Source: Stegostoma tigrinum
Lineage: Eukaryota
Assembly: GCF_030684315.1 (NCBI RefSeq)
Contig: NC_081358.1
Span: forward strand, 23,867,171-23,931,170
Direction: 5' to 3'
DNA: 64,000 nt
A program made the translations under genes and the position numbers. Numbering within the stretch: position 1 is the stretch's first letter; each line of letters starts with the position of its first letter. The notes beneath the pieces were generated by a model, which saw nothing but the letters and a program-made list of their open reading frames with translations, ran no database searches and was not told the DNA's origin. Positions 36,555 to 49,939 of this stretch are shown in pieces.

Positions 36555-39500
36555 AAAAATGAGAAGGAAAGCATTGGCCCGAGAGGATTTGATGAGCAGC
36601 GACTCAGTAAAAACCACAGGTAAACTCAGATAAAGTCCTTTTAATTTTCCTCTTTCATCTTTGAACATTTGCGTTAGCAGTTAGGACAGTGGCATGTTCA
36701 TCCTGCAGGATGTGGGAGCTCAGGGAGACTTCCATTATCCCTGATGACTACAGCTGTGGGACGTGCTTCCAACTGCAGCTTCTGGGAGACCATATTAGGC
36801 AGCTGGAGCTGGATCTGTAGCCGGCTGCAGTCGGGATCATCCGTGACGCTGAGAGGATCATAGATAAAGAGTTTTAATGAGGCGGTCACACTTAACGTGC
36901 AGGCAGAGAGTAGCTGGTCCAGGAAAGGCAAAGCAAGTAGGCAGAATTCCCTATGACCACTCCCTCGAAAGCAAGTACACCATTTTGGATACTGTTGAGG
37001 GTTCACTATTCAGGGAAAAGCAGCAGTCGCCAGGTCAGTTGCACTACGACTGGCTCTGGTGCACAGCAAGAAAGAGTAAAGGTAAACAGGACCTTAGTGA
37101 TAGGAGATTTGATAGTTAGTGGGACAGACAGGAGATTCTGTGGCTGCAGATGGGAATCAATAATGATGTGTTGCTTCCCAGGTGGCAGGATACAGGATGT
37201 CTCGCAGCAGCTGCAGAACGTTCTCAAGGAGGAGGGTGAGCAGTCAGAAGTCATTGCGCTTATTGGCATGAAAGAGGGATGAAGTCCTGTAGAGTGATTA
37301 TAGAGAGCTAGGACAAAAGTTAAAAACCACCACCTTGACAGTGGTAATCTCCAGATTATTTTCACTGCCATATGCTAGTGAGGGTAACAACAGGAGGATA
37401 TGGTGGATGAGTGTGTGGTTAAAAAATTGGTGCGGGGACAGGGTCTCAGATTCCTGGATCAGTGAGATCTTTCTTTGGGCAAAGGAGACCGGTTCAAGAG
37501 GGATGGGTTGCACCTGAACTGGACAGGGGCCAATATCCTGGCGGGCAGATTTGGTAGTGCTGCAAGGGACAATTTAAACTAGATTGGCAGGAAAGCTGGA
37601 ATCCTCAACAACTGGGAGGAAAGTGCGAGGCTGGAAGGAGATACAGTAATCAGAAATAGTGAGTGGAAGAGACACGTCTCACTGGAACAGGACAGGGAGA
37701 AAGGAATGTCGGTTGGACTAAATTGCATCTATATCAATGCAAGAGGGCTGACACGTAAATCTGATGAACTCAGGGCATGTATAGGTAGGTGGGAATGGGA
37801 TATGATAGCCATTATAGAAGCTAAGGGAGTGACAGGACTGGAAACTTAATGTGCCAGGATACAGGTGCTTTAGGCGTGACGGGGAAGGGGAGTTGCATTT
37901 TTGATTAAGGGGAGTATCACAGCAGTAGCCAGAGATGAAATAACTGAGGAGTCATCCACTGAGGATTTGTGGGTAGAGCTAAGAAATAAGAAGGTGATGG
38001 TGATGTTATCGGGGTTGTAGAGAAGACCCCCAAATAGTCAACGGGTATTAGAGAAACAAATATGCAAGGTGACTGGGGAGACTTGCAGAAACAATAGGAT
38101 TGTCATTGTGGGAAATTTTAATTTTCCTAATACAGACTGGGACTGCCAGAGTGTTAAGGGCTTAGATGGGATGAAATTTGTTAAATGTGTTCAGGAAAGT
38201 TTCCTCAAGCAGTCAGTACAGGGTCCTACCCAGGAAGGGGCAAAACTCAGCCTACTCTTGGGAAATAGGACAGGACAAGTGATTGAGGTGACAAATGGAG
38301 GAACACTTTGGGACCAGTGGCCTTGGTTCTATTAATTTTAAAATAGTTATGGAGAAGGTCAAAACTGGTCCACAGATTGAAGTTCTAAATTGGGGCAAGG
38401 CAAATTTTGATGGAATCAGACAGGAGCTTGCAAGAGTTGATTGCAATAGTTTGTTTGCAGGCAAAGGGTCCTCTGGCAAGTGGGAGGCCTTTAAAAGTGT
38501 GATAGCCAGAGTTCAAGGTCTATATGTTCCTCTGAGGGTGAATGGCAAGGTTGGCAGGAGTATGGAATCCTGGATGACAAGAGATATTGAGACTTTGACA
38601 AAAAGGAGGCATGGCTCAGGAACAGACAGCTGGGATCAAGGGAATCCCTGGAGGTATAAATGGGATACAGGAATTTACTGAAGAAAGAAATCGGGAGGGC
38701 AAAAAATGGGCACGAGGTAGCTTTGGCTAAGAAGATTAGGATGAATCCAAAGAGAAACTTTAAGAATATTAAAGGAAAAAGTATAACTAGAGAGAAAAAA
38801 GGACTCCTCAAGGACAAAAGTAAACATGTATGTGTGAAGCCGCAGGAGATGAACAAGGTCCAATGAATACTTCTCCTCTGAGTTTACCATGGAGAAAGAC
38901 ATGAAGACTTAGAAACTTGGGGAAGTTAGTGGTGGACCTTGGGGACACTCTATATCACAGTAGAGGAGATGTTAGAAGAATTAGAATGTATGAAGGCAGA
39001 TAAATCTCCTGGTCCTGATCAGATATATCCAAGAACACAGCAAGAGACTAGTGAAGAAATTGTGGGGATCCGGGCTGATATATTTGCATCATCGTTAGCC
39101 ACGGACGACGTGCCGGAAGACTGTGGTAGGTAAATTACTTGAGAAGATTCTAAAAGATAAGACATACATGCATTTAGAAACACAGCGTTTGATTAGGAGT
39201 AGTCAGCATGGTATCGTGCATTGGAGATCATGGAGACGAAGAAGGGAAATGAGGGCAGGGTGGTAGACGCATTCTGTATGGATTTCAGTAAGAGCCTTGA
39301 TAAGGTTCCACATGGTAGGCTGCTCTGGAAGGTTACAGCGCATGGATTCAGGGAAAGTTGGCAAATTAGATACACAGTTGGCTTTATGGTAGGAAGCAGA
39401 GAGTCATGGTGGAAGGATGCTTGTCAGACTGGAAGCCTGTGACAAGTGGTGTGCCTCAATGGTCCGTGCTGGACCCATTGCTGTTTATTATCAACATCAA

Positions 39501-40440
39501 TGATTTGGATGAGAATGTACAAGGCATGAGTAAATGTGCAGATGACACTGATGTAAGCAGTATCATGGGCAGTCAGGAAGATTATCAGAAATTGCAGCAG
39601 GATCTTGATCAGCTGGGGAAGTGGACCAAGAAACGGCAAATGGAGTTTAATATAGATGAATGTGAGGCGTTGCATTCTGTAAAGCCAAGTGAAGATAGGA
39701 GTTTCATGGCAAATAGTAGGGCCTTAGTGAGTGTAATGGAAGACGGACCCTGGAGCTCAGGTGCGCAGTTCTCTGAAAGTGGAGTCACAGGTAGATAGAG
39801 CAGTGACGAAGGCTTTTAGCACATGAGCCTTCATCAGTCAGGGCATTGTATAGAAGTTGGGAAGCTATGTTCCAATTATAGAGGATGTTGGTGAGGGCAT
39901 CTTGGGGTACTGTGTTCAGTTTTGATCACCTTGCTGCAGGAAGCATGTTATCAAACTCGAAAGAGTGCAGAAGAAATTTACAAGGATGTTGCCAGGACTT
40001 AAGGAACTGAGTTATATGGAGAGGTTGGATAAGCTTGGAGTTTTTCTTTAAAGTATAGGAGACTGAGGGGGTATTTATAGAAGTCTATAAGATCATGAGA
40101 GGCATGGATAGGGTGAATGCGCTCAGTATATTTCCCAGGGGTGGGGAAATCGAGGACTACAGGGAGTCAGTTTGAGGTAAGAGGAGAAAGAATAATGAAA
40201 GCCTGAGGGTCAACTTTTTTTCCACATAGTATGGTATGCATATGGAATGAGCTGCCAGCAGAAGTGGTTGAGACGGGTACTTTAACAACATTTAAAATAC
40301 ATTCGGAAGAATACATGGATAGGAAAGGTTTAGAAGGATATGGGCCAAGTGCAGGGAAATGGGGTTGCGTGGATGGACATTTTGGTCAGAGTGCACAAGT
40401 TTGGGCTGAAGGGCCCATCTCTGTGCTATAGGATTCTGTG
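36555..40440 (+). mobile_element. Near full-length decayed CR1 LINE (ORF1 zinc finger + SGNH esterase; ORF2 EN-RT)
   Basis: CSSCRMWE...DDYSCGTC; TLVIGDLIVSGTDRRFCG...CCFPGGRIQDV; IVIVGNFNFP; DFSKSLDKVPH; SGVPQWSVL; ADDT. Confidence 0.95.
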
Positions 40441-41247
40441 TCTCGATGTCATTTATCAACATTATACATCCTTTGCCATGTGTTTGCCCACTCACTCAAC
40501 CTGTCCAAATCATACTGAAGTATCTCTGCACCCTCCTCACAGTTCCTCCCCTCACCCTGTTGTCTGTAAGCTTGAACAGATTAATTTAGTTCTCTCACCT
40601 AAATCATTAATATTGTAAATAGCTGAGGTCCAAGCACTGATCTGCATGGTACACCACTAACCTGGCACTTGAAAAAAGACCTGTTTATTCCTTCGCTTTG
40701 TTTCCTCCCTGGGAGCTTATCAAAGGCCTCTGAAAGCCCAGGAAAATCATACCCAATGGCTCCCCTTGTTAATTCTCCTAGTTATATCAGCTCAAAGTTC
40801 CACAAGATTTGTCATATATGATTTATCCCTTGTAAATCCATGCTGATTCTGATCTTGTCACTGTTTTCTAAATGTTCTACTATTTCCATCTTCTTTAATG
40901 GACCCTAGCAATTTCCCCATTACCAACATTAGGCTAAACAGTCTGTATTTCCCAGTTTTCTGTCTTTTTTTTAAATGGTTAAGTATCTTTAATAGAAAAA
41001 CTTTCAATTTAAGCTTAAACTTAAGCTCTTGTCTATGTATTTCACTTCAATGTCATTCTAGTTCATCCCTATCCATTTCAAATAACTTATTAATTTAGAC
41101 AGTTTCCAAGCCTTGCAATTATATTCTGATCATAAAACATTTCCCTAATATAACCAAGAACCAGTTCTAAAGATTACAATTTTTCACCTTTGTCGTTCAT
41201 TTATGCTGTAAATGAAAAATAAACTGAAATGAAGCATGCCATCTTAC

Positions 41248-41382
41248 ATATAATGCCTGGTCAGCTCTCCAAAGTTTGGCATCCAGACTTGCAATCTTTT
41301 CATTTGCTTCTCTCTCAAGATCTTCAACAGTTAGGACCAAAACTTAATTCTGATCACTAAGATTGTTTACATATGACTTCAT
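41248..41382 (-). CDS. Internal exon (phase 0-0, 135 nt) of the coiled-coil gene, with in-frame TAA at 41344-41346
   Basis: ttcttctttAG|ATGAAG...TTATAT|GTAAGA. Translates MKSYVNNLSDQN*VLVLTVEDLEREANEKIASLDAKLWRADQALY, heptad-like and in phase with exon 1. Confidence 0.8.
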
Positions 41383-42179
41383 CTAAAGAAGAACCAAATG
41401 AGAGTTTAACAAAGACAGTTAAATTGCACTTGACCCTCTCCATGGGCTCCATCTTCACACTTCCTTGCGCTCGAAGGCCACAGTGTGTCATTTTTACACT
41501 GCCTGAAATCAAATTATGCCCCAAATGAGTGAAAACGCAGAATGACATAAAACTTCCCTTATCTCCATGGTACGCCGCTATCCAAATACAGCCCACTTCA
41601 GGGAATATTTTCATGTCCGTGCTGTTTTAGAAACCTCTCAATGTGACCATTTGATAGGGTCTAGTGTTACATTCACTACTACCATTCTATTCTACCCAGG
41701 TTTTAAAGGGTAACAACCACTTAAATTACCAAATGAAAAACAAGCAATTATTGTCCAGCAGGATAACTGTCTATCTATCAAATGAATAAGAAGTTTAGCA
41801 TTGCAGCTTTGGTCGGTCACACAGATTAAAGTAGCACCAGGTCTTAGCAAAGCCACAACACCATCATCCGGTAGGTCAGTGCAGAAGCTACAATGTGTGC
41901 CCATGTGTTCAAATAACAATTAAATAGTACTAGCTTACTGTTCCTTTTAAAAAAAGTCCAAATAAAAAAAACACTACTACTGTATTTCCAGCTAGGTCAA
42001 TTTTACAATTAACTGTTTTGCGGCAGACAGCCAGCTTCTCGTCATACAGTTTGTACATCAATTTCACTAACTGGGTGATACAATAAAGCTCCAACACGTC
42101 GTCACATAAGGCAATTCAAATTGAATTTGTTCCTTCAAGCACAGGGAGATAACCAAAGTGGGAATCTGCCAATACAAGG

Positions 42180-42710
42180 TCAGATATCCTAAACTGATCT
42201 AGTCCCATTTCCAGCATTTGACCCATATCCCTCTAAACCCTTCCAATTCATGTACCCATTCAGATGCCTGTTAGATGCGGCAAATGTAACGACCTCCAAC
42301 ACCTCCTCTAGTGGCTCATTCCATACATGCACCACCCTCTGTGTGAAAAAGTTGCCCCTCTGGTCTCTTTCAAATCTTTCTCCTCTCACCTAAATTGTAT
42401 TCCCTCTAATTTTGGACTGCCCCACCCTGGGAAAAATGCGTTGGCTATTCACCCTGTCCATGCCCCTCATGATTTTATAAACCTCTATAATGACACCCCT
42501 CAGCCTCTGACACTTGAGGGTAAATAGCCACAGACTATTCTGCCTCTCCCTGTAGCGCAAAAACTGTAATCCCAACAACATCCTTGTAAACCTTTTCTGA
42601 ACTCTTTCAAGTTTCACAACATCCTTCCTACAGGAGGTAGACCAGAGTTGAATGCTGTATTCCAAAAGTGGCCTACCCAATGCCCTGTACAGCCACAACA
42701 TGACCTCCCA
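42180..42710 (-). mobile_element. CR1 3' fragment
   Basis: ORFs 42390..42701 and 42189..42389 (LERVQKRFTRML...FFTQRVVHVWN). Confidence 0.92.
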
Positions 42711-42714
42711 AGAT

Positions 42715-45545
42715 CTATAACCAAGTCAAACAGTCAAGGCAGGCAGGAACAAAGCAGAGAACAAGGGAGGACTGATAAATTAAAATAAAAGGTGAGGCAA
42801 ATGAACTTAGGTTGGGAACACGGGACTGTGTTTTCATAGCAATTACAAAGATATGGGTCAGGGATAGCCTGGATTGGCAATCAATGTTCCAGGGTATAGA
42901 TGCCACAGAAAGGATAGAAAGTTGTGAGGGGGAGAGAGAAGGAAAACAGAGGGCATTTTTGATTAGGGATAACATTATGGCTGTACTTAGAGAGGACATT
43001 CCTGGGAATAAGTCCAGGGAAGTTATTTGGGTAGAACTGAAATATAAGAAAGGGACGATCACTTTATTGGGATTGTACTGTAGACCCCGCAATAGACAGC
43101 AAGAAATTGTGAAACAAATTTGTAAGATCTCAGTTATCTGCAAGAATAATAGGGAGGTTATAGTATGGGATTTTAACTTTCCAAACATTGACTGGGACTG
43201 CCATTGTGTTAAGGGTTTGGAAGGAGAAGAATTTGTTAAGTGTGCACAAGAAAATGTTCTGATTCGGTATGTTTTTTGTACCTATTAGAGAAGGTGCAAA
43301 ACTTGACCCACTCTTGAGAAATAAGGCAGGGCAGGTGACTGAGGTGTCAGTGGTGGAGCATTTTGATGCCTATGACCATAATCCTATTTGTTTTAAAACT
43401 GTGATTGAAAAGAATAGGCTGGATCTAAAAGTTAAATTTTTAAATTGGTAGGAGGCCATTTTTGATGGTAATAGGCAAAAACTTTCAAAGGTTAATTGAG
43501 GATAGTTGTTTGCAGGTAAATGTACTGCTAGAAAATGGGAAGCCTTCAAGAATGAGATAACGAGAGTCCAGAGACATGATGCACCTGTTAGGGTGAAAGG
43601 CAAGGCCAGTAGATGTAGGGAATGCTAGATGACTAGAAAAATGGAGGTTTTGGTCAAGAATAAGAAGGAAGAATAGGTCAGGTATAGACAGCAGGGATTT
43701 AGTCAATTTCAAGAACAGTATTAAGGCAGTATAAGTACAGTTAAGAGGGAAATCAGGAGGGGAAAAAGGGGACATGAAATAGTTTTGGCAAATAGGGTTA
43801 AGGACAAAAGGGTAACAAGGGAGAGAATAAAGAGAGACGCTTGAAGATCAGCAAGGCTGCCTATGTATGTAACCACTGGAGTTGGGGGCGATGCTAAACG
43901 AGTATTTTGCATCAGTATTTACAGTGGAGAAGGATATTAAAATTACAGAACTTGGGGAAACAACACTGACAGCTTGAAAAATGTCCATATTAGAGGAGAA
44001 GGTGCTGGATGTTTTAAAATGTATAAAGGTGGATAAATCCCCAGGACCTAATCAGGTGTACCCTAGAACTTTGTAGGAAGTGAGACAGGTGATTGCTGAG
44101 GTCCCTTGCTGACATATCTGTATTATCAATAGCCACAGGTGTGGTGCTGGATGATTGGAGGTTGGCTGACGTGGTACCACTATTTAAGAAAGGTGGTAAG
44201 GAAAAGCCAGGGAGCTGTAGACTGGTGAGCTTGACATCAGTGGTGGGCAAATTGTTGGAGGAGATCCTGAGGGACAGGATTTACATGTATTTGGAAAGGC
44301 AAGGACTGATTAGGAATAGTCAACATGGCTTTATGTGTGGGAAATTGTGTCTCAGTACCTTAATGGAGTTTTTGAAGAAGAAATGAAGAAGATTGATGAA
44401 GGCAGAGTGGTGGACATGATCTAAATGGACATCAGTAATGCGTTCAACATAGTTCTACATGGCAGGCTTAGCTAGGTTAAATCACATGGAATACAGGGAG
44501 AACTAGCCACTTGGATACAGAACTGGCTCGAAGGTAGATAGGCCTGTGACCAGCAGTGTGCCACAAAAATCGGTGCTGAGTCTGCTGCTCTTTTGTCATT
44601 CATATAAATGACATGGACGTGAACATAGGAAGTATGGTTAGTAAATTTGCAGATGACACTAACATTAGAGGTATAGTGGACAGTGAAGAAGGTAACTCAG
44701 AATATGGTGGGATCTTGATCAGATGGGCCCATGGGCCATGGAGTGGCAGGTAGAGTTTAATTCAGATAAATGTCAGGTGCTGCATTTTGGAAAGGCAAAT
44801 CAGGGCAGGACTTATACACTTAATGGTAAGGTGGTGAGACGTGTTGCTGAACAAAGACACATTGGAGTATAGGTTCAAAGTTCCTTGAAAATAGAGTTGC
44901 AGGTAATTAGGATAGTGAAGAAGGCATTGGATATGCTTGACTTTATTGGGCAGTGCATTGAGTGTTGGAGGTCGTGTAGTAGCTTTTCAGGGCATTGGTT
45001 AGGTCACTTTTGGAATACTGGGTTCAATTCTGGTCTCCCTGCTAAAGTAAGGATGTTGTGAAACTTGAAAAGGTTCAGAAAAGATTTACAAGGATGTTGC
45101 CAGGGTTGGACAGTTTGTACTATCGGGAGAGGCTGAATAGTTTAGGGCTATTTTCCCTGAAGCATTGGAGGGTGAAGGTTGGCCTTAAAGAAGTTTATAA
45201 AATTGTGAGAGGCTTGGATAAGGCGAATAGTCAAGGTATTTTCCTCAGGGTAGAGGAGTCCAAAACTAGAGGCCACTGGTTTTAGGTGAGGGGGAAATAT
45301 TTAAAAGGGACCTTAGCGGCAAATTTTTCACACAGAGGGTGGTGCGTGTATCGAATGAGCTGCCCGAGAAAATAGTGGAAGCTGGTACAATTACAACATT
45401 TAAAAGGCATCTGGAAGGACATATGAATTGGAAGGGTTTAGAGGGATATGGGTCAAATGCTGACAAGTGGGACTAGATTTATTTAGGATATCTGGTCAAA
45501 ATGGACGAGTTCTGTTTCCATGCTGTACGACTCTATGACTCTATC
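42715..45545 (+). mobile_element. CR1 LINE ORF2 (EN-RT), 5' truncated
   Basis: IWVELKYKKG...YCRP...DFNFPNIDW; VVPLFKKG...SLTSVVGKLLE; FADD; gactctatgactctat tail. Confidence 0.95.
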
Positions 45546-46227
45546 TAAATCAAACACCGTGTGCTAATCCCCATGCGTAAATCCACATTAAAGGATTGTT
45601 AATGATTAAGCCTGCTAGACGACATTGAATTTGGACATCTAAAATATCAAGATGGTTAGCAGTACACATGAGCTTTCTCTTCACGCTGAAAGTAAATACC
45701 CACTATACAGATTATAAAGAAAGAAAATTAAGAAGACAAAGTTCTGGAAGATATAGATGACGCATTTTCACATCTGAATGTTTGCTAATTTATAAAATTA
45801 CTATATTAATTATGTAAAAGCAATGCAACATGAATGTTTACAAGATTGAAAAGTCACCTGATTCCCAAGTCTGAGCCAGAAACAACTGCAAAAAGAATAG
45901 ACTTGAAGATAATCAGTATTCTTAGGTACAAAAGTAAGTTTTCACCACATTGGCAGAGCTATAGAGACCTGCCGTTTAATTTTCTTATACGGATGTGTTT
46001 TTAATTCTTTCACTTTAATCATCTTAATGTCAACCTTGTCAGTGATCTAAGTGATCATACCTAAGGTCTTAAAACTTAAATTAAAAAACACTTCAAAAAT
46101 AACTGAGGAATTCATCTCCAGGAGCTTGCGGAAGAGATGGTCCAGGTCATGAAGTGTTCTTGCCTCACAGACTGGTAACATGAGATATTTGACAAGGAAT
46201 ATATTTTTTCCATAATTTTGTGTCAAG

Positions 46228-46970
46228 TAGTCATACAGTCATAGTCATAGAGTCATATAACACGGAAACAGACCCTTCGGTCCAACCAGTCCACGCCAAA
46301 CGTAATCTCAAACTAAACTATTCCCACCTGCCTGCTCCTGGTACATATCCCTCCAAACCATTCCTGTTCATGTACTTATCTTAGTGCATTTTAAACACTG
46401 CAACTGTGCCCACATCCACCACTTCCTCAGGAAGTTCATTCCACATGTAAACTATCCTCTGTAAAAAAATTTGCTGTTCACATTTTTTTTTAAATCTCTC
46501 TCCTCTCACCTTTAAAATACGTCCCCTAGCCTTGAAATCCTTCATCCTAGTGAAAACACCCCTTATGATTTTACAAACCTCTCCAAGGTTACCTGTCGAC
46601 CTCCTACACTCCAGTGAAAAAAGTCAGAGTCAGACAGCACGGAAACAGACCCTTCAGTCCAACTCATCCATGCCAACCCAGCTTCCTAAACTAAACTAGT
46701 CCCACTTGCCTGCATTTGGCCTGTATACCTCTAAACCTTTCTTAGTCATGTACCTATCCGAATGTCCTTTAAATGTTGTAATTGCACCTGCATCGACCAC
46801 TTCCTTTAGTAGTTCATACCACATACTTCCAGCCTACCCAGACCTTCTTCATAACTCAAATCTTCCATACCGGCCAACATCTTGGTAAATCTGTTCTCAA
46901 CCCTCTCTAGCTTAATAATATTCCTTCTATAACAGAGTGGCCAGAACTGGACGCCGTATTCCACAAGACT
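46228..46970 (-). mobile_element. Two stacked CR1 3' ends
   Basis: Repeated cacggaaacagacccttc tails at ~46260 and ~46640; ORF 46806..47015. Confidence 0.85.
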
Positions 46971-47719
46971 GTATCTTTGCAGAGTCTCAACCCTGAATAA
47001 CAAACTAAATTTCATAAAGAATTATGACCCACAAATTTGAACAGTATCCATGTTTTGGTTCCAATCTCATGAGTTGTGCCCAAAACATGCAAGCTGATAT
47101 TCTCCACCTTCAACCATCATTTGATATACAGATAGTCTCTAGGTTATAAATGGGCTCTGTTATTGAGTACATTCTTATCTGTACTCAAATCAGAATACAA
47201 GACAGTACACGATCACATAGAGTGTGTCATTCATCATACACTGCAAAATGTTCTTTATTGCTGTTTGCCCACCAATTCCTTGGATATATTAGTGTAGTGA
47301 CTACTAGACGACCAAGTCAGGAATTTTGAGTGCAAATTTAACCATAGAAAAGTGCATTTAATTATCATGCAACATGTCAGCTAACAACTAAATCTCCTCT
47401 AGGGATGGGAAACTCTCATCCACACATGTTCTAGGCTGCCCATGACTTCAGATCTAAACTATACAGTGCACTCAGTGTCTAGGAAACCACTCAGCTATAA
47501 AACCAATTGCTAGAACAAAGGTGAATCCCACCTAGGACCAGGCAATAATGAAGCTTTGCCAGCACCAAAAGCCTGAGAATAGTTTGCTTCCATCTCAGGC
47601 ATAAACTCAAACCTACATTTGCCAGTCATGTGATGACTATAGGAACACCGTGTCATACCGTTAATATCAATTCACCAATAAATCAGAGGCCAGGGCTAAT
47701 GGTCTGGGTACAAGGATTT

Positions 47720-48210
47720 AAAGAATTCCACAGGTTCACTACCCTCATAAAAAGTTACTCATCTCTATCTTAAATGAATGACCTCTTATTCTGAGATTAT
47801 GACCTCTGCTCCTAGAATCTCCCACAAGGTGAAATAACCTCACTGCATCCAGCTTGCCAAGTTAACTAAGCGTCTTGTTTGCTTCAAAAAAGTCATCTCT
47901 TATTCTTCTGAACCTCAATGAGCACAGGTCCAACATACTCAACCTTCCTTCATGAAAAATTTGCTCCATACTTTTGATAACCCCATTTAACCTTTGCAGG
48001 ACTGCTTCCAAAGCCAGTATATCTTTCTTTAAAGGCCCAAAACTATTCACCATATTCAAGCTGTGGACTGACAACTGCCTTATATGGTTTTAACAAGACC
48101 TTCCTGTTATTAGACTCTATTCCCCTTGAAGTAAAGGCCAACATTCCAGTTGCCATCCACATTATCTGCTAAATCAGTGTACTAGCATTTTGTGATTTCT
48201 GCAGGAGAAC
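47720..48210 (-). mobile_element. CR1 3' fragment
   Basis: ORF 47862..48074 (KKDILALEAV...RFRRIRDD). Confidence 0.8.
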
Positions 48211-48237
48211 TCAAGAATCCACCCATGTTTTCTCACA

Positions 48238-48366
48238 CAGAGATAGCAGAAACTGCCAATGCTGGAGTCTGAGATAACAAGGTGTGAAGCTGGAGGAACA
48301 CAGCAGGCCAGGCAGCATCAGAACAGCAGGAAAGTTGACATTTCGGGTCTGGGCCCTTCTTCAGAA
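48238..48366 (-). repeat. Penelope pseudo-LTR fragment with hammerhead motif
   Basis: Minus strand: CTGAAGA-aGGGcccagaCCC-GAAA-TGTC. Confidence 0.78.
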
Positions 48367-49939
48367 GGATCAATCTTCACTAGCATCCACTCACTCAGCC
48401 ACTGGCTCAGTAGCTATACTGTGTAATAATCTACAAGATGCACGGCAGAAATTCACCAAAGATCTTCAGACAGCACATTCCAAGCCTACAACCACATTCA
48501 TCTAGAAGGACAAGGGCAGCAGATACGTGGGAATAACACCACTTACATGTTCACCTTCAAGTCTCTCACCACCCTGACTTGTAAATATACTGACATTTCT
48601 TCACTGCCACTAGATGAAAATCTTGGAATTCCCTCCTTAATGGCATTGTGGGTCAACTCACAGCAGGTGGGCTTCAGCAGCTCAAGAAGGCAGCTCACCA
48701 CCACCTTCTCAAAGGCAACTAGGGCCAGGCAATAAATGCTGGCCAGCCAGCGATGCCTACATCCCATAAGTGAATAAAAAATGGAGGTTGAAACAGAATA
48801 ATCCAAACCATCTATTTTTAATATGAATTCAGAGATTTTTAATCACAAGTATAATTAATTCATCCCAAACACTCATTCACAAATTAAAATGGATAACAAA
48901 AATAGCTTTTGTGTAAACTCAAACCCAATCCAACACTCAAATCAGAGTCCCTGTCTCTAGCACTTTGATGGGTTTAAGACCATAAGACATAAGAGTAGAA
49001 GTTGGCCATTCCATCCATCAAATCTGTTCTGCCATTCAATGAGATCATGGCTGATCTGATAATCCTCAACTAACTTGGGACTTCACCTTTTAGACTGACA
49101 CGGCAGATAGCTTCTTCCAGAAGCCATTATAAACATGGAATCCAATGTATTCACAATTAAGTAACCTCTTCAGATTTTTAATTTAACACTTCTGTTCCAG
49201 GACTAACTCTCACTTGGCACTCCAAGGTAATCTAGTTCATTATATCCTCCCTTCTCAGGGGCATTGGTCTACACAAGTGTTCCCTATAAATATGTTTGTT
49301 TTTCTTTTACACAGATCTCTGAGGTCGCTGCGCTGAAGCGATTTCTGGAACTGGAAGTCGACACTGCAAATTCAGTATGCTGATCACCATACATGGAATG
49401 TCAAAGCGCAATGTGTGCATCCTAGCGAGAATGTTGGCCCACAAAGCTATCCTATCTCAAGGACTCCCCAGGACTGTCCCCATTCTCAAAGTAAAATCAA
49501 AACCAAATGTCTGCTTTTCTAAGCAATGGATACTTCTCTTAAGCTTGTAAATAAAGAATGTCCACAAGTGTCCGATAATCAATGAGACCCCACTATTTAC
49601 TTTGCTCTGTCACAAAACAATCTAAGATGAATAAAAAAATTGGAGATGCATAAAAATCCATTCACTCTAATGCCAGGTCTGAAAATCACCATTGCTACAG
49701 ACTTCAGATACACAGAAAACCCCCACAGGTTACGAAACCAAAAAGTAAACGATTTATATATGTACAAGAAAGAAACACATGCTTTGCATTAAAGTTTCTG
49801 CACTCCCCCAGCACCATCAAGAATGAAAATGCATCTTTAACAGGCATTTTCTTCATAAGTTATCTTACTAATAAGTGTATGCCTTTATAATACTAACTGT
49901 ACGTTCACATTAATTATATACAGAGTTACATAGCAATCA

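Noticed and set aside
42180-45545. Single CR1 with a twin-priming inversion
   Set aside because: Both parts contain the same 3' end, so they are two head-to-head copies rather than complementary halves.
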